Assembly: GCA_963760795.1 (NCBI GenBank)
Contig: CAVXEP010000013.1
Span: 96,001-160,000, forward strand
Source: an uncultured delta proteobacterium
GTDB lineage: Bacteria; Desulfobacterota; Binatia; UBA9968
Direction: 5' to 3'
Length of the DNA stretch: 64,000 bases
Positions 24,879 through 35,550 of this stretch are shown here, one piece after another (within the stretch, counting starts at the first letter, position 1; every line of letters begins with the position of its first letter). Under the pieces are notes generated by a model. It made no database searches and was not told the origin of the DNA. It was given only the letters and a program-made list of their open reading frames with translations. A program made the position numbers and the translations under genes.

Positions 24879-25601
24879 ATGGAAGACCAGACTCTTGAGC
24901 GAACACTGAACGAGCTCACCGCGCAGATCACACATACCTATGGCGAGACACTCTTGGCCGTTATCCTTTACGGCAGTGCCGCCTCCGACGAATTTGTCGA
25001 AGGGCGTTCGAACATCAATTGTCTTGTACTGCTCAAACAGGTAACGCCGGACGAATTAAAAAAATCCTCGCCGTTGCTGCAAAACTGGCATGAGCAAGGC
25101 ATCCGCACGCCACTGTTCGTCGACCCGGCTTACGTGCGCTCCGCCATCGATGTTTTTCCCATTGAATTTTTGGACATGAAGCAGCGATACCGAGTTCTTT
25201 ACGGCCAGGACTTCCTCCGGGACCTAGACGTAAAGCTCGACCATCTGAGGTTTCAATGCGAGCAGGAACTGAAAGGAAAAATGTTGCGACTGCGCCAGCT
25301 CTATCTGGAAACTTCGCAATCGGAGTCACGACTGATGACGCTGCTCGCCAAATCGGCCAGCTCATTCATGATTCTTTTCCGCGCGTTACTTCACCTTAAC
25401 GGGATATCGGCAACGCACTCGGCCCAGGAACTGTTTGCCGGCTTGACCAGCTTGGGTCTACCCAACGAAGCGATTGCCAGGGTATACGCTTTACGACGGG
25501 ACCAACCCGCGCCAACCCATGCGAATATGGATGCGCTGTTCAGGCAGTACCTAAGCGAGATCGAAACAGTAGTAGGATTTAGCGAAACAACCCGTCCGTA
25601 A
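24879..25601 (+). CDS. Nucleotidyltransferase-fold protein, catalytic motif degenerate
   Basis: ILYGSAAS...SNINCLVL, DVFPIEFLDM, RFQCEQELKGK. Confidence 0.75.
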   Translation: MEDQTLERTLNELTAQITHTYGETLLAVILYGSAASDEFVEGRSNINCLVLLKQVTPDELKKSSPLLQNWHEQGIRTPLFVDPAYVRSAIDVFPIEFLDMKQRYRVLYGQDFLRDLDVKLDHLRFQCEQELKGKMLRLRQLYLETSQSESRLMTLLAKSASSFMILFRALLHLNGISATHSAQELFAGLTSLGLPNEAIARVYALRRDQPAPTHANMDALFRQYLSEIETVVGFSETTRP

Positions 25602-25688
25602 TTAAATCCCGCTCTGAGGAAAAAAAAAGACGGACTTACATAGTCCGATTTTCGCGCTAAAAGCCAATCGTCCAGAGGCGAGGCAAGC

Positions 25689-27751
25689 CTACTTCCGCAC
25701 CAGCCGCACATCCACCGCCGCCACACCGCCGCCTTGGGCACGCACCATGATCGGGTTGATTTCCATGTCCGACAGATGAATTTCTATGCGCCGCGAAAAT
25801 TTCCGACAAGCCGACCATCGCCTTGCACCAGCGCATCGACATCGCGCGGGCCTTGGCCGCGCACGCCTTCTAATACTTTGTAGCCACGCAGCTCTTTCAA
25901 CATGGCGCGCGCTTCCTTTTCGTCCACCGGCAGCAAGCGAATGGATACGTCTTTCAAGACTTCGACGAAGATGCCGCCGAGACCGACCATCAGGAACGGC
26001 CCATACTGGGGATCGGTGCGCGCGCCGATAAGCACTTCAGTGCCCTGCACCATTTCTTGGACGAGCAACTGCGCTTTGCCCGAAGTCTTGGAAAGCAGTT
26101 TCTGCCCTTCGGCTTGCACTTCGTCGGCGCTCTTCAAACCGAGCACCACTGCGCCGGACTCGGTCTTATGCACGACATCTGCGGCGATCAATTTCAGCGC
26201 CACCGGAAAGCCGATCTCCTTCGCCCGCGCCGCTGCGTCGGCCGCTGAGTCCGCCAACGATTGCTTCGGTAAGCCGATGCCTTTGCTCTGGAGCAGCTTA
26301 TGCAACATCTCGCCGTCGAGCACAGCCGGATTGCCATTCGGCCGCCGGCAATGGCGCAACACCGGCGCTTCTGCGCTCCCCGTACAAACCCAATCCCGCC
26401 AGCGCGCGCAGCGTCGGTTTGATCGCCTGTAAGAAAGGCATGCCCGCTTCTTCCTGAAAGGCGCGGCTCTCGTCCGTGCAGCTGTAGGTGGAACGGCCGA
26501 ACGCCAGCACCGGCTTGTCGGTGGCTTCGAGCACGCTTTTAAACAAGCCGGCGTTTCTCGTCTGGCCGCGCGGCAGTTCGCCGTGGATCGCCATGAGATC
26601 GACGCCGGGATCTTCGGCGTGCAGTTTGACGATGTTGATGAATCCCGCCTCGTCGCCGAAACCGGCGACGCCGCATTCAAGCGGATTCTCGACGGCCAAT
26701 TCCGCCGGGATGAGCGGCCGCACCGCTTCCTTAGTTTTGTCGCTCAGCTGCGCCAGGTTGGTGTTCAAGTCGTCGCAATGATCGCAGATCAAGCCCTTTC
26801 ATACCGCCGGAGTTGACGACGATCGCCGCGCGGCTGCCCTTGGGGAAGCGGCCCGAGCATGAACGCCAGCGTGATCTCGGTCATATCTTCCAATGTCGGG
26901 CAACGAATGATGCCCAAACGCTTGCACATGGCGTCGAACACTTCGTCGGCGCCGGCGAGGGAACCGGTGTGGGAGATCGCCTGGCGTTTGCCCATCTCCG
27001 AGCGGCCGAGCTTCACGGCTAAGATGGGCTTGCCTTTTTGCAGCGCCTGTTCGGCGACGGCCATGAACTCGTTGGGGCGGCGAATGCCTTCGACCATCAG
27101 CGTAATCACTTTGGTGTCGGGGTCGTCGACGAGGAACGAAAGATAATCCACCAAGTCGAGGCTCACTTCATTACCGCTGGAAATCGCATAGGAGAATCCG
27201 ATGCCGCGCTCGGTGGCGCCCTTGATCCAGTTGCCGAGCGAACCGCCGCTCTGAAAAATCAAGCCGACCGGACCTTTCTTCAATAACGGCGTCGCGGTGG
27301 GAAACGTCCACAGCCCTTCGCCGACGGAATAGGAACCCATGCAGTTGGGACCGCAGATCACCATGCCGGTCTTGTCGCATAGCTCGCGCATCTGCTGCGC
27401 CCGCTCTTTGCCCTTCTCATCGTCGCCTTCGCCGAAGCCGGCGGTGTAAATCGTCGCCGAACGGGTGCCCAACTGCGCCGCCTCTTCGAGCACGCCGAGC
27501 ACGGCGCGGGTCGGAATGAGAATCAGCAATTCGTCGGGGACTTCCGGGCAGGCCGTCAAGCTTGGGTAACACTTGTCGCCATAAAGTTCTTGGTAATTGG
27601 GATTGATCAGATAAACGCCGCCAGGAAACTTCGCGCCTTTCAAATTGCGATAAATCCCCTGCGGCCACGCGCCCTTTTGCGACGCGCCGATGATCGCCAC
27701 CGACTTCGCGCGCAATAGATTACCAACCGGTTTCGCCGTGAATGTAGCCAT
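25689..27751 (-). CDS. Acetate-CoA ligase (ADP-forming)-family acyl-CoA synthetase, frameshifted
   Basis: VAIIGAS, GPNCMG, QSGG, SHTGSLAG, ATP-grasp GFPVALK/HKTESGAV, EINPIMV...AVDVR in the last frame. Confidence 0.88.
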
Positions 27752-27823
27752 GTAATTTCCTTCTAAATTGAGATGGGATTGCTATGTCATAGACGCGGAG
27801 TGACTGCAAGAATCGGATGGATC

Positions 27824-27895
27824 GGAGTGATGGAGTTGTGGAGTGTTGGAGTAATGGAACGTCAAGATCTGACGATCGAGAGCCACTCACTCCCA
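27824..27895. repeat. 8-nt tandem units (ggagtNNt) with partial inverted arm
   Basis: ggagtgat ggagttgt ggagtgtt ggagtaat gg ... ccactcactccca; same unit at 53593. Confidence 0.7.
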
Positions 27896-27956
27896 CAGCG
27901 GCTGTGCAAGTTTTTCGGAAACTTTGTTTGCGACCTTTGCGTTCTTTGCGGCTATC

Positions 27957-29040
27957 TCAATCCGACTCCCCGAACACCTGCCAGCGTTGCGCCGGTAGCT
28001 CGACGGCCGCCTGCTGTCCCACGCTCACCTCCGTGTCGCCGGCGAGTTTGGCGAGCAGCGTCACGCCGTTCACTTCCACTTCCAAAAGCGAGGCGTCGCC
28101 GAGATAATTCTTGCTGGTCACTTTGCCGACGGTGTTGGCGACAGTGTCGCTACGCGCTGCGGCACACTTGCACATGCTCGGGCCGGATCGCCAAGGTCAC
28201 GGCGGCACCGGCATTGATACCATCCGGCACCGCCACGGCGATCGCGCCCAATGGCGACGCCACCCGATCCTTCGCCTCGACGGTGCCTTTGACGAAGTTC
28301 ATTTCGCCGACGAACTGCGCGACGAACAAACTTGCCGGCTTTTCGTAAACATCGTGCGGCGGGGCGATTTGAAGAATCTCACCGGCGTTCATCACGCAGA
28401 CGCGGTCGCCGAGGCTCAGAGCTTCCGCCTGGTCGTGGGTAACGTAGAGCGTGGTCACACCGATCGACTTGGTGATTTTTCGCAATTCCACGCGCATCTG
28501 TTCGCGCAAGCGCGCGTCGAGATTGCTCAGCGGCTCATCCATCAAGAGAATCTTCGGCTCGGTCACCATGGCGCGCGCCATCGCGACGCGCTGCTGCTGG
28601 CCGCCGCTCAAATCGGTCGCCGGCCGCTCGCCCAGGCCATCGAGCTGGACGCGCTTGAGCGCTTTCTCGACTCGATCGGCAACGTCCGCCTTGGAATGAC
28701 GCGTGCGCCCCTGGGTTAATGGAAAGGCGACATTTTGAAACACGTTCATGTGCGGCCAGATGGCGTAGGATTGAAAGACCATGCCGAGTTCACGCCGCTC
28801 GGTCGCGACAAAAACCCGCCGCGTCGGTGAATTGACTAGCTTGCCGGCGATCTCGATCTCGCCGGCGTCGGGCCGCTCCAACCCGGCGACACAGCGTAAC
28901 GTCGTCGTCTTGCCGCAACCGCTCGGCCCGAGCAAAACACAAAACTCGCCCTCGGCGACTTCCAGGTTGATGGATCTCAGGGCATCGACGCGCCCCTGTT
29001 GCGCGTTGAAAGATTTTTGCAAAGCACGGATGCTAATCAC
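27957..29040 (-). CDS. ABC transporter ATP-binding protein, one frameshift near the C-terminus
   Basis: [25 protein letters not shown]; TOBE tail in ORF 27957..28175. Confidence 0.9.
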
Positions 29041-29125
29041 TGGTCCTCACTGGCGTTCGGTAATTCCATCAATGTCGAATCTGTACTCAGTGGAATTTGT
29101 AATCTGGAATAGCGCAGCGCGAACG

Positions 29126-30886
29126 CTACGCGGCCTCGCCGATCTCGCCGATGCGCGATAGGATCAAGCGCACTGCGCCGACGACGATTGCGGCGAAAAG
29201 AATCAAGATCACGCCCAGCGCTGCCACTTGCGGCACCCAGCCGCTGCCCCAAAACTGCCACACTACTGTCGATATCACGACGTTATTGCGTGTGTAGAGC
29301 GTCAACGCCATGGTCACCTCGCGATACGACAACATGCCGATCCAGACCCAGCTGTTGAGCACGCCGGCGGCGATTAACGGCAGCACAATCTTCCACAAAA
29401 CCCGCGGCGACGACGCGCCGGCGACTCGGCCCGCCTCTTCGAGCTCGCGATGGACTTGGATCATCACGCTATTGGTCGTGCGTGTGCCGTATGCAACCCA
29501 ATTGATGGTGTGCGCGACGATAATGATCAGGACCGTGCCATAGATCGGAAAAATGTCGCGATAGGCAAGGCCCAAGTAAGCCAGACCCACCGCCATCAAA
29601 ATTCCCGGCACGGCGTGGGGAACGAATGCCAGGGTATCGAGCCAGCCGCGAAACGATACTTGCGTACGAATCACCACCCAGGAAACCAACACGCTGAGCA
29701 CCATTGTCAACGTCGGCACCGCCAACATCAATATCAAAGTATTGATAAACGGCTGCAGGCCCACATGCTGAGGGATCTCCCAGTAGTGCTTCAACGTCAT
29801 GCTGGTAACTGCCTCGGCGCTCGGCAATTGCAGGTATGGCAAGACTGAGGCCCACAACAACACCGCGAAGGGAACAAAAACTTCGATGCACAGATAAAAG
29901 AACACAAAAGCGACCGCAGCCCATTTCCAGGATCCGAGGGCGATCTCCCGCGGGCGATACCCTCTGCCCGTGATTACCGTATACTTCTTTCCCTGCTTGA
30001 CCAGCCGGACATACAGATAGGCGAGCACAAGCCCGAGCAAGAGCATGATCGCGCCATACGCGCCCGCCATGCCGTAATCCGGCAAGCCGGTGGACGGCGT
30101 CGTCGAGGTAAAAATGAGCGAGCTCAGCACGTGAATACGCGCCGGCATACCGATGATGGCCGGCACTTCAAAGACCGCAATGGCGGTCATAAACAAGTAC
30201 ACCATTACGCCGGCAATGGCCGGAAAAGTGATCGGAATATTGATTTTCAGAAACGTCCTGAGCTTGCCGACCCCCGAAGTGTACGCCGCTTCTTCCAACG
30301 ACGGGTCCATCGATCGATAGGCCGCGGCCAACATGAAGAACGCGCCGGGAACGAAAGATATGCCTTGGACGAAGGCCATGCCGGTTACGCTGTACAGATT
30401 AAACGGCGGCTCGCTTAGGGTAAAGAGTTGTTGCAGCCACTTGTTGATCAAGCCGATCCTCGGACTGAGCAGCAAGATCCACGCGATGGTGCGGAGAAAG
30501 ACCGGGATGAGAATGCCGATCGTGAGCAGGACGTAAATGGTTTTTTTGAACGGTATGTCCGTCCGCATGAGAATCCACACGAGCGGTACCGTAATCAGAA
30601 GCGTGATGGATACGCTGGATACCGCGAAGTAAAAGGTGTTCAACAAAACCTCATAGGTTCGCGGTTCCAAGTAAACGGCAGAAAAATTTTCCAGCGTGAA
30701 TGGAACGGTCTCGCCCGGAAAGCCGGTGCGAAGACTCATGAGAACGACCATCGACACCGGCAGCCCGATGAGCAGCAACAAAAACCCCGAAAGACCGGTG
30801 GCGAACACCGTGACACCCTGGGGCAGGAACCTGCTCCAACCTTCCCAGGGGGCCACGGTGGATTCGCTGCGGGATTCGACTTTCAT
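29126..30886 (-). CDS. Iron(III)-type ABC permease
   Basis: LEEAAYTSG and LEEAGRVAGA EAA loops; AGGAAGAGG SD-like sequence before ATG 30886. Confidence 0.9.
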   Translation of the reverse strand: MKVESRSESTVAPWEGWSRFLPQGVTVFATGLSGFLLLLIGLPVSMVVLMSLRTGFPGETVPFTLENFSAVYLEPRTYEVLLNTFYFAVSSVSITLLITVPLVWILMRTDIPFKKTIYVLLTIGILIPVFLRTIAWILLLSPRIGLINKWLQQLFTLSEPPFNLYSVTGMAFVQGISFVPGAFFMLAAAYRSMDPSLEEAAYTSGVGKLRTFLKINIPITFPAIAGVMVYLFMTAIAVFEVPAIIGMPARIHVLSSLIFTSTTPSTGLPDYGMAGAYGAIMLLLGLVLAYLYVRLVKQGKKYTVITGRGYRPREIALGSWKWAAVAFVFFYLCIEVFVPFAVLLWASVLPYLQLPSAEAVTSMTLKHYWEIPQHVGLQPFINTLILMLAVPTLTMVLSVLVSWVVIRTQVSFRGWLDTLAFVPHAVPGILMAVGLAYLGLAYRDIFPIYGTVLIIIVAHTINWVAYGTRTTNSVMIQVHRELEEAGRVAGASSPRVLWKIVLPLIAAGVLNSWVWIGMLSYREVTMALTLYTRNNVVISTVVWQFWGSGWVPQVAALGVILILFAAIVVGAVRLILSRIGEIGEAA

Positions 30887-30921
30887 ACCTCTCCTTCCGG
30901 CGGGCGAGCGCGACAGAGTTC

Positions 30922-31953
30922 TCAATCAAAGCCGAGGAGCTTGCCGATTTGGCGCGAAATTTTGTCCACCTTGTCGGCTTGGTCTTGTTTCATGTAAATG
31001 ACCTGCTTGCCCTGGACGAATTTGTAAGCCGCGGTTCCAGGCACATAAGCGGAAGTATGGCCGGTATACTTCAACCACGCCGGTTGAACTTCCGCGGAAG
31101 CCATAAAGGCCACCATAAGATGGCCCACGTTTGGGTGCGGCGCATTCTTTATCACTCCAACGTGATATTCGGGCGAGACCACCGGTGAAACCTTCTCGGC
31201 GAAAGCCAACGGCGCGCCGGATTCCTTGGCTTCGTGCAGCTGGCTGTCTTGCAGGGTCGCCGTCACCAGCACTTCGCCCAAAATCAATCGCTGGGCCATT
31301 TCTCCGGCTCGGGTTAGTAGCGGCTTTTGCGCGACCAGTTTCTTGATGAAATCGAGGGTTTTTTCGTCACCCCAGGCACCTGCGGCTAAACGGCCAAAGT
31401 GGTGCGTCGAGTTGATCACGCCGAGCTTGCCCTTCCATTTCGGATCGAGCAGATCTTCCCATTTTTGCGGCACATCCTTCGCGGCAACCAGCTTGGTGTT
31501 ATAGGTTGGCAGGGCGAACTGGTTGGCGACGGAAACAGTACCACTGTCATATTCGACTCGCTGCTTGTCGACGCCGAGGCTGGTGTAATCGAAGGTCTTG
31601 TGCAACTTTCGCAGCCACAGTGAGCCATGATGCGCATCCGTGACGACCATGATGTCCCATTCCGGCGGTTGTCCGGACGCCGACAGGCCGACGACCTTGG
31701 CAGTGTCCCGCGTCATGTTACCGGAAGGTGTAAAATTTACTTTGGTGTTTAATCCGTACTTTTTGTTGAAGGCGGAAACGATCGCTTGGGCACCCTCAGG
31801 ACCAAGGGTGGAAGGGCCGTAAAACTCGATCGTGCCTTCCTTTTTGGCGCCCGCGATCAAGTCTTCCAGTGGGCCAGCCTGCACAGGAGATGCCCACGGA
31901 AGCAGCGTCATAAACGCGATTAGCCCAACTCTTGGAATTAGATTTTTCTTCAT
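30922..31953 (-). CDS. ABC substrate-binding protein (SBP_bac_6-like)
   Basis: Signal peptide, AKKEG, DLLDPKWKGK, APHPN. Confidence 0.88.
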   Translation of the reverse strand: MKKNLIPRVGLIAFMTLLPWASPVQAGPLEDLIAGAKKEGTIEFYGPSTLGPEGAQAIVSAFNKKYGLNTKVNFTPSGNMTRDTAKVVGLSASGQPPEWDIMVVTDAHHGSLWLRKLHKTFDYTSLGVDKQRVEYDSGTVSVANQFALPTYNTKLVAAKDVPQKWEDLLDPKWKGKLGVINSTHHFGRLAAGAWGDEKTLDFIKKLVAQKPLLTRAGEMAQRLILGEVLVTATLQDSQLHEAKESGAPLAFAEKVSPVVSPEYHVGVIKNAPHPNVGHLMVAFMASAEVQPAWLKYTGHTSAYVPGTAAYKFVQGKQVIYMKQDQADKVDKISRQIGKLLGFD

Positions 31954-32124
31954 CTCTAGAACCTCCTTTTAAAACTTTCCACGAAGCCGAGTCGATACCG
32001 GCAAAACTGACTGCGCCACTCTGCCATTGTAAAATTCTAAGTCAACGGCACCCTATTATTTATGATTGTCGCGCGGGCGTCTTAACTTCATATTGGCATC
32101 ATGGGCTCATTTCGCTAGATGCCT

Positions 32125-33006
32125 TCATTTGGTTGCGTCCCGATAAAAACTCTCGTCGTAATACCCCGGCAGCTCATTCCCCATCGACGGCGTAAGCTTG
32201 AACAGAACGCGCAGATCGAGAACGCACTTCAATCCCGGCAGATGCAGTGCGCCGCTTTTCGGTAGCTGTGCCAATTTGCGCGCCGCCGCTTTTTCATCGA
32301 GCTTTTCTTCCGCGGCGACGATCGCCAGCACTTCCGCACGGTTGCTGTCGTCGAGCGCGAAACGCAATGCACGGTTCCAAGCGCTGAGAAATTTGAGCAG
32401 CAACGCGCGATTCTCCGCGGCCCACTGGCGGCCGACGGCAAACACGCCGCCGGGATAATCCGGCAGCACTGCGCGATGATCGGCGAAGCGCACCATGCCC
32501 GCCGCCGCGGCTTTGGCATCCCAAGGCGCATTGAGCACGCCGGCGAAGGTTTCACGGTTGACCATCGAATCGAGACGAAAACCGGTGGTGCCCTTGGCGA
32601 TCAGCGAATAGTCGCCGCGCTCCATTTCCAAGCCGTGCGCCAACAGCACGCGGCGCAAGACCAAGGCAAAGGCGGTATCGACCGCGTCAACCGCCAACGC
32701 TTTGCCGCGCAAATCTTCCCAGTTCTTGATCTCCGGCCGAACGTAAACCGGCAACGTCCCACCTTCCGACACCCGCGCGATCGCGACAAACTCCGCTCCC
32801 TCGCGTCCCGACCAGCCGAGCACGTTGTCGAACGCCGTAGACACGATCTGCCATGAATTCTTTCCCAGACCGCGCATCTGATCGGTGGAGTTCGGCGTGA
32901 CGATCACGTCGACATCGAGCCCGTCCGCGGCAAAGAAACCCTGCGCCCGTCCCACGGCAAGCGCGGCGTCGACGTTAAAGACATTTATCAGTAATTGTTC
33001 AGACAT
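32125..33006 (-). CDS. NMT1/THI5-like substrate-binding-fold protein with no obvious signal peptide
   Basis: GFFAADGLDV, EDLRGKALAVD. Confidence 0.8.
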   Translation of the reverse strand: MSEQLLINVFNVDAALAVGRAQGFFAADGLDVDVIVTPNSTDQMRGLGKNSWQIVSTAFDNVLGWSGREGAEFVAIARVSEGGTLPVYVRPEIKNWEDLRGKALAVDAVDTAFALVLRRVLLAHGLEMERGDYSLIAKGTTGFRLDSMVNRETFAGVLNAPWDAKAAAAGMVRFADHRAVLPDYPGGVFAVGRQWAAENRALLLKFLSAWNRALRFALDDSNRAEVLAIVAAEEKLDEKAAARKLAQLPKSGALHLPGLKCVLDLRVLFKLTPSMGNELPGYYDESFYRDATK

Positions 33007-33060
33007 TGAGTGTTCCCGTTATTTTGCGCCCTTTGCGTTCTTTGCGGCCATTGTCCTCTG

Positions 33061-34261
33061 CTACGGTATCTTCGGCCCTGTGTACTCCAGCACGTACAGT
33101 CCGCCCTTGATTCGATCGGTCACATAGATCAGCCCATCGGTATCGACATAAAGATCGTTGAACATCGGCGCCTTTTGTCCTTCCGGCGCCGGCGGGATGA
33201 AGTAGCCGACTTCCTCCGGTCGATACTGATTGCGGATGTCGAACACGCGCAGGCCGGCGTTGTAGTAAGTGACGAAAATAATATTTTCACTCTGAAAAGA
33301 GCCCGGCCGGTTCTCATGGACGTTGTGCGGACCGAAGCGCAGTCCCCGGCTGCAAAAATCGCCCTGCGGTACCGGGCAGGTGCTGACGATCACCGGATTT
33401 CTTTCTTCACGAATGTCGATGATCCACACCCGCTTCTCGCCTTCTTTGCAGTCGTATTTCACCGACTCGTCCACCGCGACGACAAGCTTTCGTCCCGGCA
33501 GCGGCAATGTCGTGTGCGCGTAGCCGCCGAAGGGCGGGCTCCAGTCGATATGGCTGATCGTCTTCGGTTTGCTGATGTCGGAGATATCGAGGATCGCCAT
33601 GCCGGCATCGACCAATGCCACGTAAGCACGGTCGTTATGGGGAATGGCCCCATGAACGTAGAAGTGTTCGCCTGCAAACGGCGTCCAATCCGCCGGCGTC
33701 GCTTCGCCTTCCTTGGTGCCGGGGATCCACCAGTGCCCCGCTTCCTTGGGATTCGTTGGATTGGAAATATCCGCGATCAAATATGCTCGCTCCTCGATGC
33801 CCGGCAGGTAGGCGCCGACGTGGGCGTACTTGCCGTCGCTGAACCACATGCGATGCACGCCCTTGCCCGGCAGTTTCAACCGCCCGATCTCGCGCGGCTC
33901 GGTCGGATTCTCGATGCTGTAAACTTTGATACCCGCCTCGTTGGGCACGCTATCGGCGAACCGACTTGTCGAAGTAGGGCCGTTCTTGATTCTGGATCAG
34001 AATGTCGCCGACGATCTGCACCTTATGGGAGTGGGTATTCGCCGCGTGGGGCATCTGCGTGATCAAACGCGGCTCGGTGGGATCGGCGACGTCGAGAATG
34101 CTCAGCGCCATCGGCGAGGTGCCAAGGTGTGCCAGATAAACGTAGCGGCCATGCTTGAGCAACTGCATGCCATCGCCGTGGCCATTCAAATCGTGATGGC
34201 CGATCACCCGCATATTAAAGCATTCGCTCTTGGCTTGGATCGCGTCGATTTCAGCGCCCAT
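33061..34261 (-). CDS. LVIVD-repeat beta-propeller protein, one frameshift
   Basis: Repeated ILDVADPTEPR / IADISNPTNPK / ILDISDISKPK units; HSHKVQ, FGPHN. Confidence 0.82.
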
Positions 34262-34408
34262 GACTCGCTCCTGTGCAACTACGTTGAGAGGCTGCGTCCA
34301 TATAATGGAGCGCCTCAAGGCTTGTCAATGTGCTTTAGCTCCTAGTAGCGAGCGCCAGGCGAAAATGCTAAAAACAGCCAACCTGCGGTATCGTCTTAGG
34401 AGTCGACG

Positions 34409-35382
34409 ATGAAGAAACTGTTCGCTACTATTCGTCCTGTTCGGTTTAGTCGCCGGCGGCTGGCGCCCAGACCAAACGCATCGCCGTCGCCTACAGCGCC
34501 GTCAGCGCCACCCAGTCGTCGTTCTTCGTCACCAAAGAGGCCGGCATTTTCGAAAAGCACGGCTTCTACGTCGATCCCGTCTATGTCGCCAGCGGAACGA
34601 AAGTGGCCCAAGCGGTCATCGCCGGCGAATTCCCCGTGGCGCTTGCCGGCGGCACTGTAGTCAATGCCACACTCGCCGGCGGCGACATCGTCATCATCGG
34701 CGGTCTGGTCAACGTGCCGTCGTTCTACGTCTACGTCCATCCATCGATCAAGCGGCCGGAAGATTTGAAAGGCAAAGCCATCGGCATCACCACCTACGGC
34801 TCGTCGACAGATTTCTCGATCCGCTACTTCATAAAGAAATGGGGCATGGAGCCCGATCGCGATATCAAAGTTTTGCAAATGGGCGGCCAGCCGCAGATCG
34901 TCGCCGCAATGGTCGGCGGCAGCGTCCAAGGCGGCGTGCTGTCATCGCCGGCCAATTACCGAGCGGCCAAAGCCGGCTTCCAGCTGCTCACGGATTTCAA
35001 AAAAGTCGGCCTCGACTATCCCACGGTCAGCCTAGTGTCGACCCGGTCCTTTATCAAAAAGGATCCGCAGACCGTGCGCCGCTTCATGATGGCCTATAGC
35101 GAAGGCGTCGAGCGGCTCTACCGCGACAAGGAGTTCACCATGAAAGTCATCGGCAAGTACACCAAAACCGACGACCGCGAAGCTTTGGATTCGGCCTACG
35201 GCTTCGCGACGACCTTCATCGAACGACCGCCCCACCTGCCCTACAAGGCGATCGAGACGATCTTGGCACAACTCGGTGAGAAGGATCCGAAAGCGCGCGA
35301 AGCCAAGCCGGAAGATTTCATCGACCCGACCTTTTACAACGAGATGGAAAAATCCGGTTTCTTCAAAACCATCGCGCGCTAA
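34409..35382 (+). CDS. NMT1/SsuA-like ABC substrate-binding protein, frameshift in N-terminus
   Basis: KEAGIFEKHG, DLKGKAIG, PEDFIDPTF. Confidence 0.83.
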
Positions 35383-35430
35383 CGCCGCAAGCAAGGATCC
35401 TGGCAACAAATAGTTTGCAACTGAACCGAT

Positions 35431-35512
35431 TCATCCCGAAGGACACGAAGAGCACGAAGTTCGGATTAATTATTTTCCGAAACCTTCGTGTCCTTCGGTG
35501 CCTTCGTGGTGA
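35431..35512. repeat. Intergenic palindrome, family A
   Basis: cccgaaggacacgaagagcacgaagttcgga...ttccgaaaccttcgtgtccttcggtgccttcgtggtg. Confidence 0.85.
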
Positions 35513-35550
35513 GAATGATTTCTCCGTGAACCTGCAAGTTACACGTTAAG

